Below are positions 30,509 to 41,462 of a stretch of DNA of 64,000 nucleotides, in pieces (within the stretch, counting starts at the first letter, position 1; each line of letters opens with the position of its first letter). The notes beneath the pieces are model-generated. The model saw nothing but the letters and a program-made list of their open reading frames with translations, was not told the DNA's origin and did not search any database. The translations under genes and the position numbers were made by a program. Source of the stretch: an uncultured Phycisphaerales bacterium (GTDB taxonomy: Bacteria > Planctomycetota > Phycisphaerae > Tepidisphaerales > Tepidisphaeraceae); the NCBI GenBank assembly GCA_963844715.1, contig CAWJPJ010000005.1, positions 64,001 through 128,000 on the forward strand, written 5' to 3'.

Positions 30509-30967
30509 GGCGTGCTCTCCAACCCGATAACTTCCGGCCGGTGCTCGCATCGAAATCGCGACTCGATTCCAAGCGTTAATCGCCGCCAGGAGCCAGGTCA
30601 GATCGACAATTTCCTTTTCAGAAAAGTGCGACCGCGCCAGATCGTAAATCGCATCGGGAACATGACGATTGGTGATTTCCGTCAAGGCTTCCGTCCATTC
30701 AAACGCCGCCCGTTCCCGCTCGCTGTAGTAGGGTGATTCGCGCCACGCATCCAATCCATACAACCGCTGCTCGCTCTCTCCCGCCGCCCTGGCGTCTTTC
30801 CAGTGCATGTCGATGCAATAGGCGCATCCATTCATCTGCGAGGCCCGCAGCTTCACCATATGCATCAATCCCTTTTCGAGCCCGCACCCGGCCAGATATT
30901 GCTCCAAACTCGCCATCGCTCGATACGCATCAGGCGCGATTTTGACAAAATTCAATCGAGGATTCAT
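30482..30967 (-). CDS. Carboxymuconolactone decarboxylase/AhpD-family protein
   Basis: VKLRASQMNGCAYCIDMH...AWRESPYYSERERAA...INAWNR. Confidence 0.92.
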   Translation of the reverse strand: MNPRLNFVKIAPDAYRAMASLEQYLAGCGLEKGLMHMVKLRASQMNGCAYCIDMHWKDARAAGESEQRLYGLDAWRESPYYSERERAAFEWTEALTEITNRHVPDAIYDLARSHFSEKEIVDLTWLLAAINAWNRVAISMRAPAGSYRVGEHAETRNPKPE

Positions 30968-31030
30968 AGCAGGACCTCCAATCTGATAAACCTGCAAAGA
31001 TGGTAGGCGAATCCCGCCGCCCGCCCGGAC

Positions 31031-31917
31031 TCAATACGCAATCGAAGGCGTCCACGCCGCCCCCGACTCCGCTCCCAGCGGTTCCTCATATGTCCCATAC
31101 GCCATCAGCGACATTGGCTTCAGACACCGCATCTTCCGTTTCAAAGCTTCCCGAAAAAGTTCCCCATTGCGAATCGGCACGAACAGCCAATGCGCCGGCG
31201 GGGGAGTAGTCCTCGCGGCTTGCGTCGCGGTCGTCAGAAGATCGTCGCTCGATTCTCCCACGGAATGGCCCAAAAACCCCGGGATCACATAGCGCACAAC
31301 CTCCCCGATTTGAATCGCCCGTGCGGAACAAACCCGCTCTGATCTCCGTGTTCGATCATGAATGCCAATTCATTTTTCCGCGACACTTTCGTCACCCGAA
31401 TGCACAACTCCTCGCACGCCGGCAAATCCCCGGCGTTCAGCCGCCGCACGGTCGCATCCGATTTCTCCGCCGGGAAAATCTCCATCAAGGCCAGCGGCTC
31501 CTTTACGGTGAAACCCAAAGACGTGTACAGCGAGAGCGAAGTGAGGTTGAAACCCTCCTGGATCAGCCGGACCATCGGCCCGTGATTGGCGAGCGACCAA
31601 TCCATGATGTGCCTCATCAGTTCCCGCCCCAACCCTCGCCCCTGGTAGTTTTCATCCACCGTGATCGGCCCAACGCCCGACACCGCGTCGCTCACCAGCG
31701 TGAAATTGGACCCGACAATTTTCCCATCCATCATCGCCACCACCCCGTAACAATCCGGGCGATGGGTGAACATGCCCATAATGAGGCCGGCAATTTCAAG
31801 GTTCGGAATGTCCAGCGGAAACCGATGCCGCTCTTGAACCCCCTTGAACGCCTCAAAGACAATTCGGCTCACTTCGGGAATGTGCTCCGGCCTGGCCCGG
31901 ACGATTTGCACTGGCAT
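31031..31917 (-). CDS. GNAT N-acetyltransferase, frameshift near 31295
   Basis: VGPITVDENYQGRGLGREL...SLSLYTSLGF; C-terminal ORF 31031..31297. Confidence 0.85.
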
Positions 31918-31981
31918 GAGCTTCTTTATGGCAAACGCCGGCGGATTTTTCAATTAAAAATATCAGACTTGCGCGAAATGC

Positions 31982-32720
31982 TCACGTCGTAAATCCCCCA
32001 TCAATCTTAATCGACGCCCCGGTGATAAACGCCCCCTCCGGCCCGGCCAAAAACGAAACCAAGGCCGCGATCTCTTCAGGCTTTCCGAACCGCCCCAATG
32101 CCATGACTTGTCTCAATCCGGCCGCGTTCGGCCCACTGGCCGGATTGAGATCCGTATCGATGGGTCCCGGCTGAATATTGTTCACGGTGATCCCGCGGCC
32201 CCAAATCGCGAGCCAGGCCATGCGTAAATCCCGCAATCGCACCCTTCGTCATCGCATAAATCGAACCCCCTGGAAACGGCATCACATCGCTGTTGACGCT
32301 TCCGATATTAATAATCCGCCCGCCGTCGCGCATCTGCCGTGCCGCTTCCCGCGACGCATAAAAAACCGCCCGCACATTCACGGATAGCATGCGCTCGAAT
32401 TGTTCATCCGGAAATCGCGCGATTTCCGCCACGAACAGCATCCCCGCGTTGTTGACCAGGATGTCCAGCCCGCCAAATTCGGCGGTCGTGCGTTGGACGG
32501 CACCTTGCACGGCCGCGGGGTCCGATGAATCCGCGGCTATCGCCATCGCCCGCCCGCCCTCGGCGCGCATGGAGGCAACAATATCTTGCGCGTTTTTCGC
32601 CGACGCGCCATAGGTAATCGCCACCATCGCCCCATCCGCCGCCAATCTTCTGGCGATTGCCGCCCCGATCCCCCGCGAGCCCCCGGTCACCAACGCCGCC
32701 TTACCCTTCAGATCCGACAT
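31982..32720 (-). CDS. SDR oxidoreductase (3-oxoacyl-ACP reductase-like), frameshift near 32200
   Basis: TGGSRGIG, VNNAG, YAMTK, VNNIQPGPIDT, IDGG. Confidence 0.9.
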
Positions 32721-32863
32721 GGCCGCTCCTCTTTTGGGTCGCGATGACCCGTGCAAATATACCCACGCTTCGCGGCGCAAAGACAATGAAAAATATTTTC
32801 CTCGCCTCCCTTGCCGCGGCCGCGCCTATCATTTTCAAATTACTTTTTGCGGAAAGGACGCGC

Positions 32864-33533
32864 ATGCAAGACTGGCTGACCCCGGCTGAGATTTCGGGAA
32901 TTTTTGCCCAGGAGATCGCCGCCACCGGCGGAAAAGTGCACGAGGCGTTCCATGACGAGGCCCGCCTGTTTATGCGCTCGGTCCTCCCGCCATCCCTCGA
33001 CGTGGCTCCGGGTGACCGATTGCACGCCGGCGTGGCCCTGCGCCAACGACACGGATATCCTGATCCATCCCTACGTCTTCCGCGTGGTCTGCGGCAACGG
33101 TGCAATCATGGCGCAAGCCGTGCAGACACGGCATATCGCGCGCGACAGCGCGAGCCCGTTTAGCATTGAGGCCGAGGTCCGCCAGGCCATCCGCTGCTGC
33201 TGCGAGCCGGAGGCGTTCACCTTCGCCGCCGATCAGATGCGCACCGCCAAACAATCCCAGGCCGACATGCTGATTAACATGTCGGCTTTTTTGGGAACTC
33301 ACCGCATTCCAGGGGAGATCGCGAGCCGGATTCTTCGCCAATACTTTGAGATGGAGGAACGATCCGCCTACGGCTTCATGAACGCCGTAACCGCCGTTGC
33401 CCGCGACACCAAAGACCCCGAAACCAAATGGCGCCTGGAATCCCTCGGCGGCGCGATTCCTACCCAAGCCAATCCGCCATCATCCCCAAGACCCTCGCGT
33501 CGTGAGCGCCTGATCCCAGTCGAAGCAACGTGA
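32864..33533 (+). CDS. DUF932-like protein, frameshift near 33040
   Basis: FRVVCGNGAI and SAYGFMNAVTAVAR resemble DUF932 motifs; AAGGA RBS. Confidence 0.55.
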
Positions 33534-33713
33534 CCGAAACCGCGCCGTCTCGCCTATTGCGTCTCGTACGACTGGATCGGAATCTTAAAAGACGGCCAGC
33601 GCGTCTGGATCGATTCCAATTCTCGCAAGACATTGAGCCGCTTATCGATCGAACGCACGAAGGAAAAATCTCTTGCTCCCAGGCTGGGATCATGCGATAC
33701 TATACGGTAAGGG

Positions 33714-34013
33714 ATGAGGATTATATCGCGTAAGCGACTTCGGCAGTTTTGGCAGCGGCCCGGATACGGTGACGCCGAGCAGCCGCTTAGAGCATGGTTT
33801 CGCGAGGCCTCGAAGGCCGAATGGGACAATCCGGCGGCCATCAAGGCGATATATCGCAGTGCGAGCATCATTGGAGACAGCCGAGTGGTCTTCAACATCG
33901 CCGGAAACAAATACCGTCTGGTGGGGAAGGTGAACTATCCTTATCGAGTTATCTATATCAGGTTTGTCGGCACGCATCGGCAATACGACTCAATCGATGT
34001 GAAGGAGATTTAG
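33714..34013 (+). CDS. higB: HigB-family toxin
   Basis: MRIISRKRLRQFW...VFNIAGNKYRL...IRFVGTHRQYD. Confidence 0.92.
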   Translation: MRIISRKRLRQFWQRPGYGDAEQPLRAWFREASKAEWDNPAAIKAIYRSASIIGDSRVVFNIAGNKYRLVGKVNYPYRVIYIRFVGTHRQYDSIDVKEI

Positions 34014-34014
34014 A

Positions 34015-34390
34015 ATGAAGATAACACCCATCAAAACCGAGCGGGACTATAGCCGTGTGATGGCGGAGATTGATTCGCTGATGGACGCGAAGCCGAACAC
34101 CGTGGCTGGCGATCGACTCGATGTGCTGGTGACGCTTGTTGAAGCGTGGGAAGAAAAACATCACCCCATCGAGCCCCCTGACCCGGTCCAGGCGATCCTT
34201 TTTGCCATGGAGCAGCGCGGGTTGACCCGCCGCGACCTCGAGCCATTCATCGGAACCCGGGCCCGCGTGGCCGAAGTGCTCAACGGCAAGCGCCCCTCAC
34301 TTTGTCCATGATTCGACGATTGCACGAAGGTTTGGGAATCCCGGCCGATGTGCTGATCCGTGAGGGTCGGTACCGCCGCGCGGATGAGCC
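34015..34390 (+). CDS. higA: HigA-family HTH antitoxin (frameshift near 34300; 3' end uncertain)
   Basis: PIKTERDY...LVEAWEEKHHPI...RVAEVLNGKR / MIRRLHEGLGIPADVLI. Confidence 0.85.
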
Positions 34391-34421
34391 GCGTTTTTGC
34401 CATGCCGATGAAGTGGGAAGG

Positions 34422-35236
34422 TCAAGCGTATTCACCGGCGATGGAAACCAGTTGGCCTCGCATCGTAGTGATAGCCTTTCCCAGCAAGTGAACGCGATCG
34501 CCGTGCAATTCAAGCCGGAGTTCACCTCCTCGTGTTGAAAGCTGCCGCGCCGTGAACGCGCGCCGATTCAATTGGTCTGCCCAGTACGGCGCGAGTGTGC
34601 AGTGCGCGGATCCCGTCACCGGATCCTCCGCTATCCCAGCCGCCGGCGCAAAAATCGGCTCACGAAATCGACTCCGGGCTGGTCCCCCTCCGCTGTCACG
34701 ATCACCCCCACCGGATGCCAATTCGCCAGCGCGCCAAGGTCAGGCTTGCACGCGCGCACCTCTTCCGCGCTCGCCAGGCGCAGGGTCAAATTCATTGTCG
34801 TCTGCCCAACGCAGACAATCGGCCCCGAAACCCCAAGCACGCGCGCCGCCCCTTGGGGCAGCTCCGCCGCCCGCGGAGGCGTCGCCGGGAAATCCATCCT
34901 GATCCACTCGTTCACCCGATCACAAACCAGTTCCCCACTATCTCGCGTCACAAACCGGATCGGCTTTCGCTCCTCAACAATTTTCATTTCCCACAGCGCA
35001 TGAGCCGCCCCCAGCGTCGCATGCCCGCACAGCGGCACCTCCCGAGTCGGCGTAAACCATCTCAATTCAAATCGCCCATCATCAAGGAGGCGCGCAAACG
35101 CCGTCTCCGCAGGTTAAACTCGCCGGCGATCGCCTGCATCGTGCGCGTCATCCAATGCCGCATCCAGCGGTACGACCGCCGCGGGATTGCCCGAAAATGG
35201 TTTGGACGCGAACGCGTCCACAATCACGTAGTTCAT
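34422..35236 (-). CDS. PhzF-family isomerase, frameshifted
   Basis: VDAFASKPFSGNPAAV, RWFTPTREVPLCGHATL, FAPAAGIAEDPVTGSAHC. Confidence 0.9.
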
Positions 35237-35496
35237 AATTCAAGCCGCATAATCAATTGCCCGTTATCAACGCCGCGAGGTTCCATTTTTCGAAAACTCA
35301 TGACCACTCACCATCCCGCGAACCCTGCGGGCTATCGGCAATTCCTGCACCAGAAATCCGCCGAAAGCAAAGCCCGTCGCATTCACCAAACGTGCGGGAA
35401 ATAAAGGAATGCTAAGAGTCCAAGGCGTTATACACTAACGGCTTATAGATCATTCTCCTCGTGCGCATCATATATCGGACTTAAAATCTTACTCCC

Positions 35497-35512
35497 TGGC
35501 ACGCCCCTTGAT
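35497..35512 (+). promoter_or_regulatory. Possible sigma54 promoter of the flg operon
   Basis: TGGCACGCCCCTTGAT: -24 element perfect, -12 element GA instead of GC. Confidence 0.45.
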
Positions 35513-35551
35513 CTAGCCCCGGTTGCTCTTTGGCGCTTGCGGAGTAACTAC

Positions 35552-36307
35552 GTGCTCTACGGACTCTATCTTTCAGCGACTGGTGTGGTGACTAACAGTT
35601 ACCGCCAGGACGTCATTGCCAACAACATCGCCAACTCCGAAACCATCGGGTTCAAGCGCGATCTGGCCCTGCTCCAGGAGCGACCCACCGCCGCCCAGGA
35701 ATTCGGCGAATCCGTTCCCGATTCCATCATCGGAAACATGACCGGCGGCATGATGGCCGTCCCCACCCAGGTCGACACCAGTCAGGGCGACCTTCAGCCG
35801 ACCGGAAATCCCCTGGATGTCGCCATCCAAGGCAACGGCTATTTCGCAGTCAATGCCAACGGAAAATTCCGCCTCACGCGCAACGGGCAGTTCGTTATGG
35901 ACCACGCCGGACGCCTGGCGCTTTTCGATGACAACGGTCCCGACGTCCTCGATAACAAGCAAACCCCCATTTATCTCTCCCCCGGGGCTCCGGTTTTGAT
36001 CTCCGAAGACGGCACGATCACCCAGAAAGGCGAGGTTGTCGCCAAGATCGGCCTGTTCGACGTGCCAAACTCGACGGACCTGAAAAAAGAAGGCAACACC
36101 CTCATGTCCGTGCAGCAGGGCGCGCAGGTTTCCACTGCCTCGGCTAAGTTCCACACTTCGTTTCTCGAACGTTCCAACGTTGATCCCGCGACAGAGTTGA
36201 CGGCTCTCATGGACGCCCAGCGCCAGCTCGAAGCCAACGCCAACATGATTCAGACTCAGGACGAAACGCTCAGCAAACTCGTCAGCGACGTAGGAAAAAT
36301 TAGCTAG
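35552..36307 (+). CDS. flgF: Flagellar basal-body rod protein
   Basis: IANNIANSETIGFK, TGNPLDVAIQGNGYF, TRNGQF, LERSNVD; precedes flgG. Confidence 0.85.
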   Translation: MLYGLYLSATGVVTNSYRQDVIANNIANSETIGFKRDLALLQERPTAAQEFGESVPDSIIGNMTGGMMAVPTQVDTSQGDLQPTGNPLDVAIQGNGYFAVNANGKFRLTRNGQFVMDHAGRLALFDDNGPDVLDNKQTPIYLSPGAPVLISEDGTITQKGEVVAKIGLFDVPNSTDLKKEGNTLMSVQQGAQVSTASAKFHTSFLERSNVDPATELTALMDAQRQLEANANMIQTQDETLSKLVSDVGKIS

Positions 36308-36321
36308 GAAGACCCAACCTT

Positions 36322-37130
36322 ATGGCTATAACCGCACTTTATTCCGCTTCGACCGGCTTACGGGCCTCTCCACAGACATCGACGTCATCGCCAACAACCT
36401 ATCCAACGCCGAAACCACGGCGTTCAAAGCCAGCCGCGTCAATTTCGAGGATTTGTTCTACCAAACTATCAGGGAGCCCGGCACCACCAGCGGCAACGGC
36501 GAGATCTCTCCCGCCGGCATCTACGTCGGGCTCGGAACCAACATCGCCAATACCCAGCTCGACCTCACTCAAGGCAGCCTCGAAAACACAGGCCGTGATC
36601 TCGACGTCGGCATCCAGGGCACCGGTTTCTTCCGCGTCAAAGTCCTCTCGACTCTCGGCGACGGAACCGCCTACACCAGAAACGGGAACTTCTTTGTCAA
36701 CAATGTGGGCCAGCTGGTGGTCGGCATGGGCGACGGTTACACCCTCATCCCGCCCATCACCGTCCCGACCGGCGTGACCAACATCACGATCAGTCAGGAC
36801 GGCATCATCACCGGCCTCAAACCCAACGCCACCACGCCGTCGCAGATCGGGCAAATCACCGTCAACCAGTTCGTTAACCCGCAGGGCCTCACGCTCCTCG
36901 GCGGAAGCTTGTACCAGGAAACCCAATCCTCGGGGCCGCCAATCACCAGCAATCCGGGCGATCAAGGCTCCGGCGTCCTCCTTCAGAATTATCTCGAGTC
37001 CAGCAACGTCGATCCGGTCACCGAACTGGTGACGCTCATCCAGACTCAACGCGCGTTTGAATTGAACAGCCAGTCCATACAAACCGCCGACCAGGCGCTG
37101 CAGACCATCACCAATCTGCGGCGCGGATGA
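36322..37130 (+). CDS. flgG: Flagellar distal rod protein (frameshift near 36365)
   Basis: ALYSASTGL / FEDLFYQT...YTRNGNF...FVNPQGL...LESSNVDPVTELVTLIQTQRAFELNS. Confidence 0.93.
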
Positions 37131-37153
37131 TTTTCCCGCGACATGGAGGTCGC

Positions 37154-38502
37154 ATGAACAATGGCAGGCCGTTAGGCAAGAAAAAAACCGTGCAACTGCT
37201 GATCCTGCTGACCGTCCTAGCGTGGGCCACGCAGACCCTCATTCACCAATGGGGCTTCGGCGACGAAACCGATGCCACCCCCGACGCCGCGAACGCGCCC
37301 GCCGCGATCAACGCTCCCGCCCCCGCCCCCGCCCCCGATCCGGACGCCGTCGGGCCCGAGCAATTCGTCAGCGGCGGATCGTCCGAAGCCGTCGTGGCCG
37401 CCACCTTGGAATTGAAGTCCGAGGCCACGATCGTTGGGTCCGACGTCAAATTGAAGCAGGTCTGCCGCTGGAACACCACGGATGACACGATTCTCGCCCC
37501 CATCGCCGATCTGACAGTTTACCACATCGATGGCCCCACGCCGTTTCATTCCCTCAGTGTCGATGACATTCGCCAGACGCTTCACGACGCCGGCATCAAT
37601 CTCGCCACCATCAACTTTGTCGGCGCCGCCTCCTGCACTGTGACGCGCAGCGATGTGCAAACCGATCCGCAAAGCGCCCTCGCGATTGGATCAATTCCCG
37701 TCAATCCGCCGGTGGCGCGACGCAGCCGCTTGCCAACCCCCAAGCCACCGATTCCACTCCGGCCGCAACGCCCGCGGCCGCGATCGTTCCATCTTCCACG
37801 CCCATCGCCCCAACCGTCGATTCAACCGTAGACCGCAAACCTTTCCATACTCTGCGCGATTTGCTGACCGCCGACGCGTGCCAAACTCTCGGCGTCTCTC
37901 CCGACGCCATCCAGATGACCTTCAGCCCGCAGGACGAAAAGGTCCTCAATCTCACTGACGTCGCCTTCCAATTCGACATTCAAGCCACGCGGCTTCACAA
38001 CCTTGGGCGCGTCGCCTGGGATGTGGGGATTTTCAGCGGCCCTGAAAGCAAAAGGGTTGACATTGAAGCCCGCGCCCAGATGTGGGAAGACCAGGTCGTC
38101 GTCGCCAAGCCGCTGGCGCAAAAGGAAATCCTGCAGGATTCCGATTTCCAGACCCACCACGTGCTGGTCGATTCGCTGCCCGACGAGACGCTGCTCACCC
38201 TCGCCCAGTGTGAGGGCCAGCAAGCCGCCAGCGATTTGAAACCCGGCCAGATCATGGGCGGGCGTCTGGTCGATCCCGTGCCGCTCGTTCGCGCAGGTCA
38301 ATTGGTGACGATCACCCTGACCGAAGGCACAGTCGAAATTCGCGAAGTCGGCCGGTCCATGGAGTCCGGCGTCCTCGGCGAATCCATCAAAGTACGCAAC
38401 GAAACGACGCGCGATGTGTATGACGTCGTAGTTACCGGCGAGCAGGAGGCCCGCCTCGGATCCACGTCCGCGAGCGCCGGAAGCGTCTCGCAGGGCTATT
38501 GA
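37154..38502 (+). CDS. flgA: P-ring formation chaperone, extended (frameshift near 37690)
   Basis: C-terminal SAF-like region VVVAKPLAQKEIL...PVPLVRAGQLVTI...GESIKVRN; between flgG and flgH. Confidence 0.8.
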
Positions 38503-38516
38503 TCGGAGCAGCTTTC

Positions 38517-39315
38517 ATGCTCGAAAAATTGTTCGCGCGCTGGCGCCCGTCCTCGTCGTGACGCTCCTTGGGGGAGTTGCGGCGCTCAGACCGACTCGGC
38601 GGCCGCCGTACCGGACGGGCAGACGGACGGGCAAAACCAGACTACCTCCTCCGATCTGGCCGGCCAGTCTCTTCCCATCGGAGAACTGGTCGAGCGCAAC
38701 GGCGGCTCCCTTGCCCGCGCCACACTCGGTTCCCGCACCGACGCGGCCGGCGCCACCACGCCGATGACCGCCGCCAGCTACTTCGCCGTTCCCGAACCGC
38801 CCGCCAAACTCCTGCACAAGCACGACCTGGTCACCATCATCGTCAACGAGCAAAGCGCCTACAGCACCAACGGCGTCAACGACCTGGAAAAAGCCGCCGA
38901 TTTCGACACGCAAATCGCCGACTATCTCAACATCGATCCCTCGCGCTTGCGGGTCAGCCCCCAGCAGCCGTCCAATCCCCTCGAGTTTAAATCCGTCGCC
39001 TCGCGCGATCTAAAGGGAACCGCGCAGGTCAACCGCACCGATTCGGTGACCGCGCGCATCACCGCCACCGTCGTCGACGTGAAGCCGAACGGAACGCTCG
39101 TCCTTCAGGCTGCCGAAACCATCAAGACCGACGACGAATTGCAGATGATGAGCCTCACCGGCACCTGCCGCGTCGACGACGTTACTCCCGACAACAGCGT
39201 CCTCAGCACGCAGCTTTTCGATTTGCATTTAACGAAAGTTCACAAGGGTCAGGTTCGCGACACAACCAAGCGCGGCCTCATCCCCCGATTATTGGACTGG
39301 ATCGACCCATTCTGA
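38517..39315 (+). CDS. flgH: Flagellar L-ring protein (5' part frameshifted)
   Basis: HDLVTIIVNE...ITATVVDVKPNGTLVL...DDVTPDNSVLSTQL...DWIDPF. Confidence 0.9.
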
Positions 39316-39344
39316 CGATTGGGTTATTGGCCGTTGGATAAGTC

Positions 39345-40508
39345 ATGATGCGCTCGAGCACTACTGATCGCCCGTCACAAAATGCCGCCCCATTTAGCGG
39401 CGGTGCGCAGCGCCGAGGGACCCACTGGCTCAAGACTCGCGTCACCCTGACTCTGTTCTCCCTGATGACCCTCCTGGTTATCGGACCGACCAACGCCTTC
39501 GCCGTCAAAGTCGCCGACATCACGCGCATCGGCGGCGAACGCACCAACATCCTCACCGGTCTCGGACTTGTGTACGGACTCAAAGGCACCGGCGACGGCG
39601 GCGCCTTCGCCGCCGCCATCAATCCCCTCCGAGCCATGCTCGCCAAATTCGCCGACCCGGTCACCGTCACCCAGCTCTCCAACGCTTCCAACGTCGCGGT
39701 CGTCATAGCCACCGCCACGGTCCCTGGCGACGGTGTTCGCGACGGCGACCATCTTGACGTCTACGTCACCAGCGTCGGCGCCGCGGCCAGCCTTCGCGGC
39801 GGAAGACTCTTTGTCACGCCCATGCAAGGCCCAATTCCAGGCGGGCCGCTCCTGGCCCTGGCTGAAGGGCCCGTTAACCTCGAAGATCCCAGCACGCCCA
39901 CGGTCGGCGTCGTCAAAGGCGCCGCCGGCGGGGCGGTCATGGAGGCGGATCTTCCCGCCCACGTCATCGATTCCAGCGGCCGATTCACGCTCATTCTCGA
40001 CGATCCGTCCGCGAGCTGGGCCACCGCCAGCCGCATCGCAAAAATCATCAACGACTCCGAAGCCCTCGACGGCGAAACCCTCGCCATCGCGATCGACGCA
40101 AAAAATATCATCGTGACCATTCCCACCAACGAGCGCCAGCATCCCGACAGTTTCATCGCCAGGATTCAGCAGCTTCCCGTTCAGCTTCTGTCCACCGAAG
40201 CGCGGGTCACCATCAACGAACATACCGGCACCATCATCATGACCGGCGACGTCGAAATCAGCCCCGTGGTCATCTGCCACAACGGGCTGTCCATTTCGAC
40301 CGTCACTCCACAGCCCATTCCGACGATGCGGAATCCCCTGGTCACCGAGCACGACACCGTCGCCGTCTCCACCGACGAAACCAACGGCAATCTCCAGGAC
40401 CTCGTCAACGCCATGGAGCAATTGAAAGTCCCCGCGCAGGACCGCATCGACATCATCAAAGAGTTGTACAAAACCGGGAAACTACACGCGAAACTGATCG
40501 AGGAGTAA
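39345..40508 (+). CDS. flgI: Flagellar P-ring protein
   Basis: VKVADI...GLGLVYGLKGTGD...SLRGGRL...INEHTGTII...GKLHAKLI. Confidence 0.93.
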   Translation: MMRSSTTDRPSQNAAPFSGGAQRRGTHWLKTRVTLTLFSLMTLLVIGPTNAFAVKVADITRIGGERTNILTGLGLVYGLKGTGDGGAFAAAINPLRAMLAKFADPVTVTQLSNASNVAVVIATATVPGDGVRDGDHLDVYVTSVGAAASLRGGRLFVTPMQGPIPGGPLLALAEGPVNLEDPSTPTVGVVKGAAGGAVMEADLPAHVIDSSGRFTLILDDPSASWATASRIAKIINDSEALDGETLAIAIDAKNIIVTIPTNERQHPDSFIARIQQLPVQLLSTEARVTINEHTGTIIMTGDVEISPVVICHNGLSISTVTPQPIPTMRNPLVTEHDTVAVSTDETNGNLQDLVNAMEQLKVPAQDRIDIIKELYKTGKLHAKLIEE

Positions 40509-40511
40509 CCC

Positions 40512-40977
40512 ATGGACGTATCCACGAATCTTTGGCAAGCCCGCGAGCAGATGGAAAAATGCGCAGCCGACAAATCCTGGGGCCACAACATCGGCCAGGC
40601 GGTCGGCCGCTCCAAGCGCCATGACGCCCTCGTCAAGCAAACCCGCAAATGGGTCGCCCAGACTTTCTTCGGACCCATCCTCAAGCAAATGCGGCGAAGA
40701 CCCGTTCCACAGCGACCTACTAGACGGCGGCAGGGGAGGCCAGGCGTTTTATGAACTCTACGACCAGGAATTGACCAGCCACCTGACCCGCGGCACCGGA
40801 AGCAAGCTCATCAACGCCATCGTCAACCGCATCGAGGCCAAGAATGCTTACGCCAAACAGAGCATGAACGCGATCAATTCCGAACGCGAGGGCGCCGACC
40901 GCGTCCATGTGATCAGAAATGCTGAAGCCAATCTGTCCGTCGCCACACGGAGCAGCAATGTCCCGCCAGCTTTCTGA
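40512..40977 (+). CDS. flgJ: FlgJ-type rod-binding protein without hydrolase domain (frameshift near 40695)
   Basis: QTFFGPILKQMR / DGGRGGQAFYELYDQEL; follows flgI. Confidence 0.7.
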
Positions 40978-41450
40978 CCTCAAAACGGTCCTGGAACAAC
41001 TGATCGCCGAGCAGGGGAAATTGCTTGCGCTATTGGAGGCGCAGTACACGGCGATGAAGAAATGGGACGTCAAGGCGATCCTCGAACTGGGCCACGATCA
41101 GGAGTCGACGCGCTCTGCGCATCTTCTCCCTCGAACACCGGCGCCGCGCGATCGTCCGCCAGATCGCCGCCGGGGCCAAGCTCAACGAGGAGCCGAGCAT
41201 TTCGCGCCTCATCGAACTTTTTCCCCCGTTCGCGCCGGACCTGATTCGCCTCCGCGACCAGCTCCGCGCCGTCATCGGGAAGATTTCGCATCGCGCCTCG
41301 ATGGCCGCGAAACTATCGGCGGCGGTCCTGGGGCATCTGAACACCGCCGTTCGTCTTGTCGCCGGCGCCATCGAACGCGCCGGCGTGTATACGCGCACCG
41401 GCTCGCCCAAGGTCGCCGCACGAATCGGAAACATGGATGCAATCGGCTGA
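40958..41450 (+). CDS. flgN: Flagellar export chaperone (frameshift near 41115)
   Basis: Helical protein LEQLIAEQGKLLALLEAQ...GVYTRTG directly before flgK. Confidence 0.7.
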
Positions 41451-41462
41451 TCGGAAATTGAT

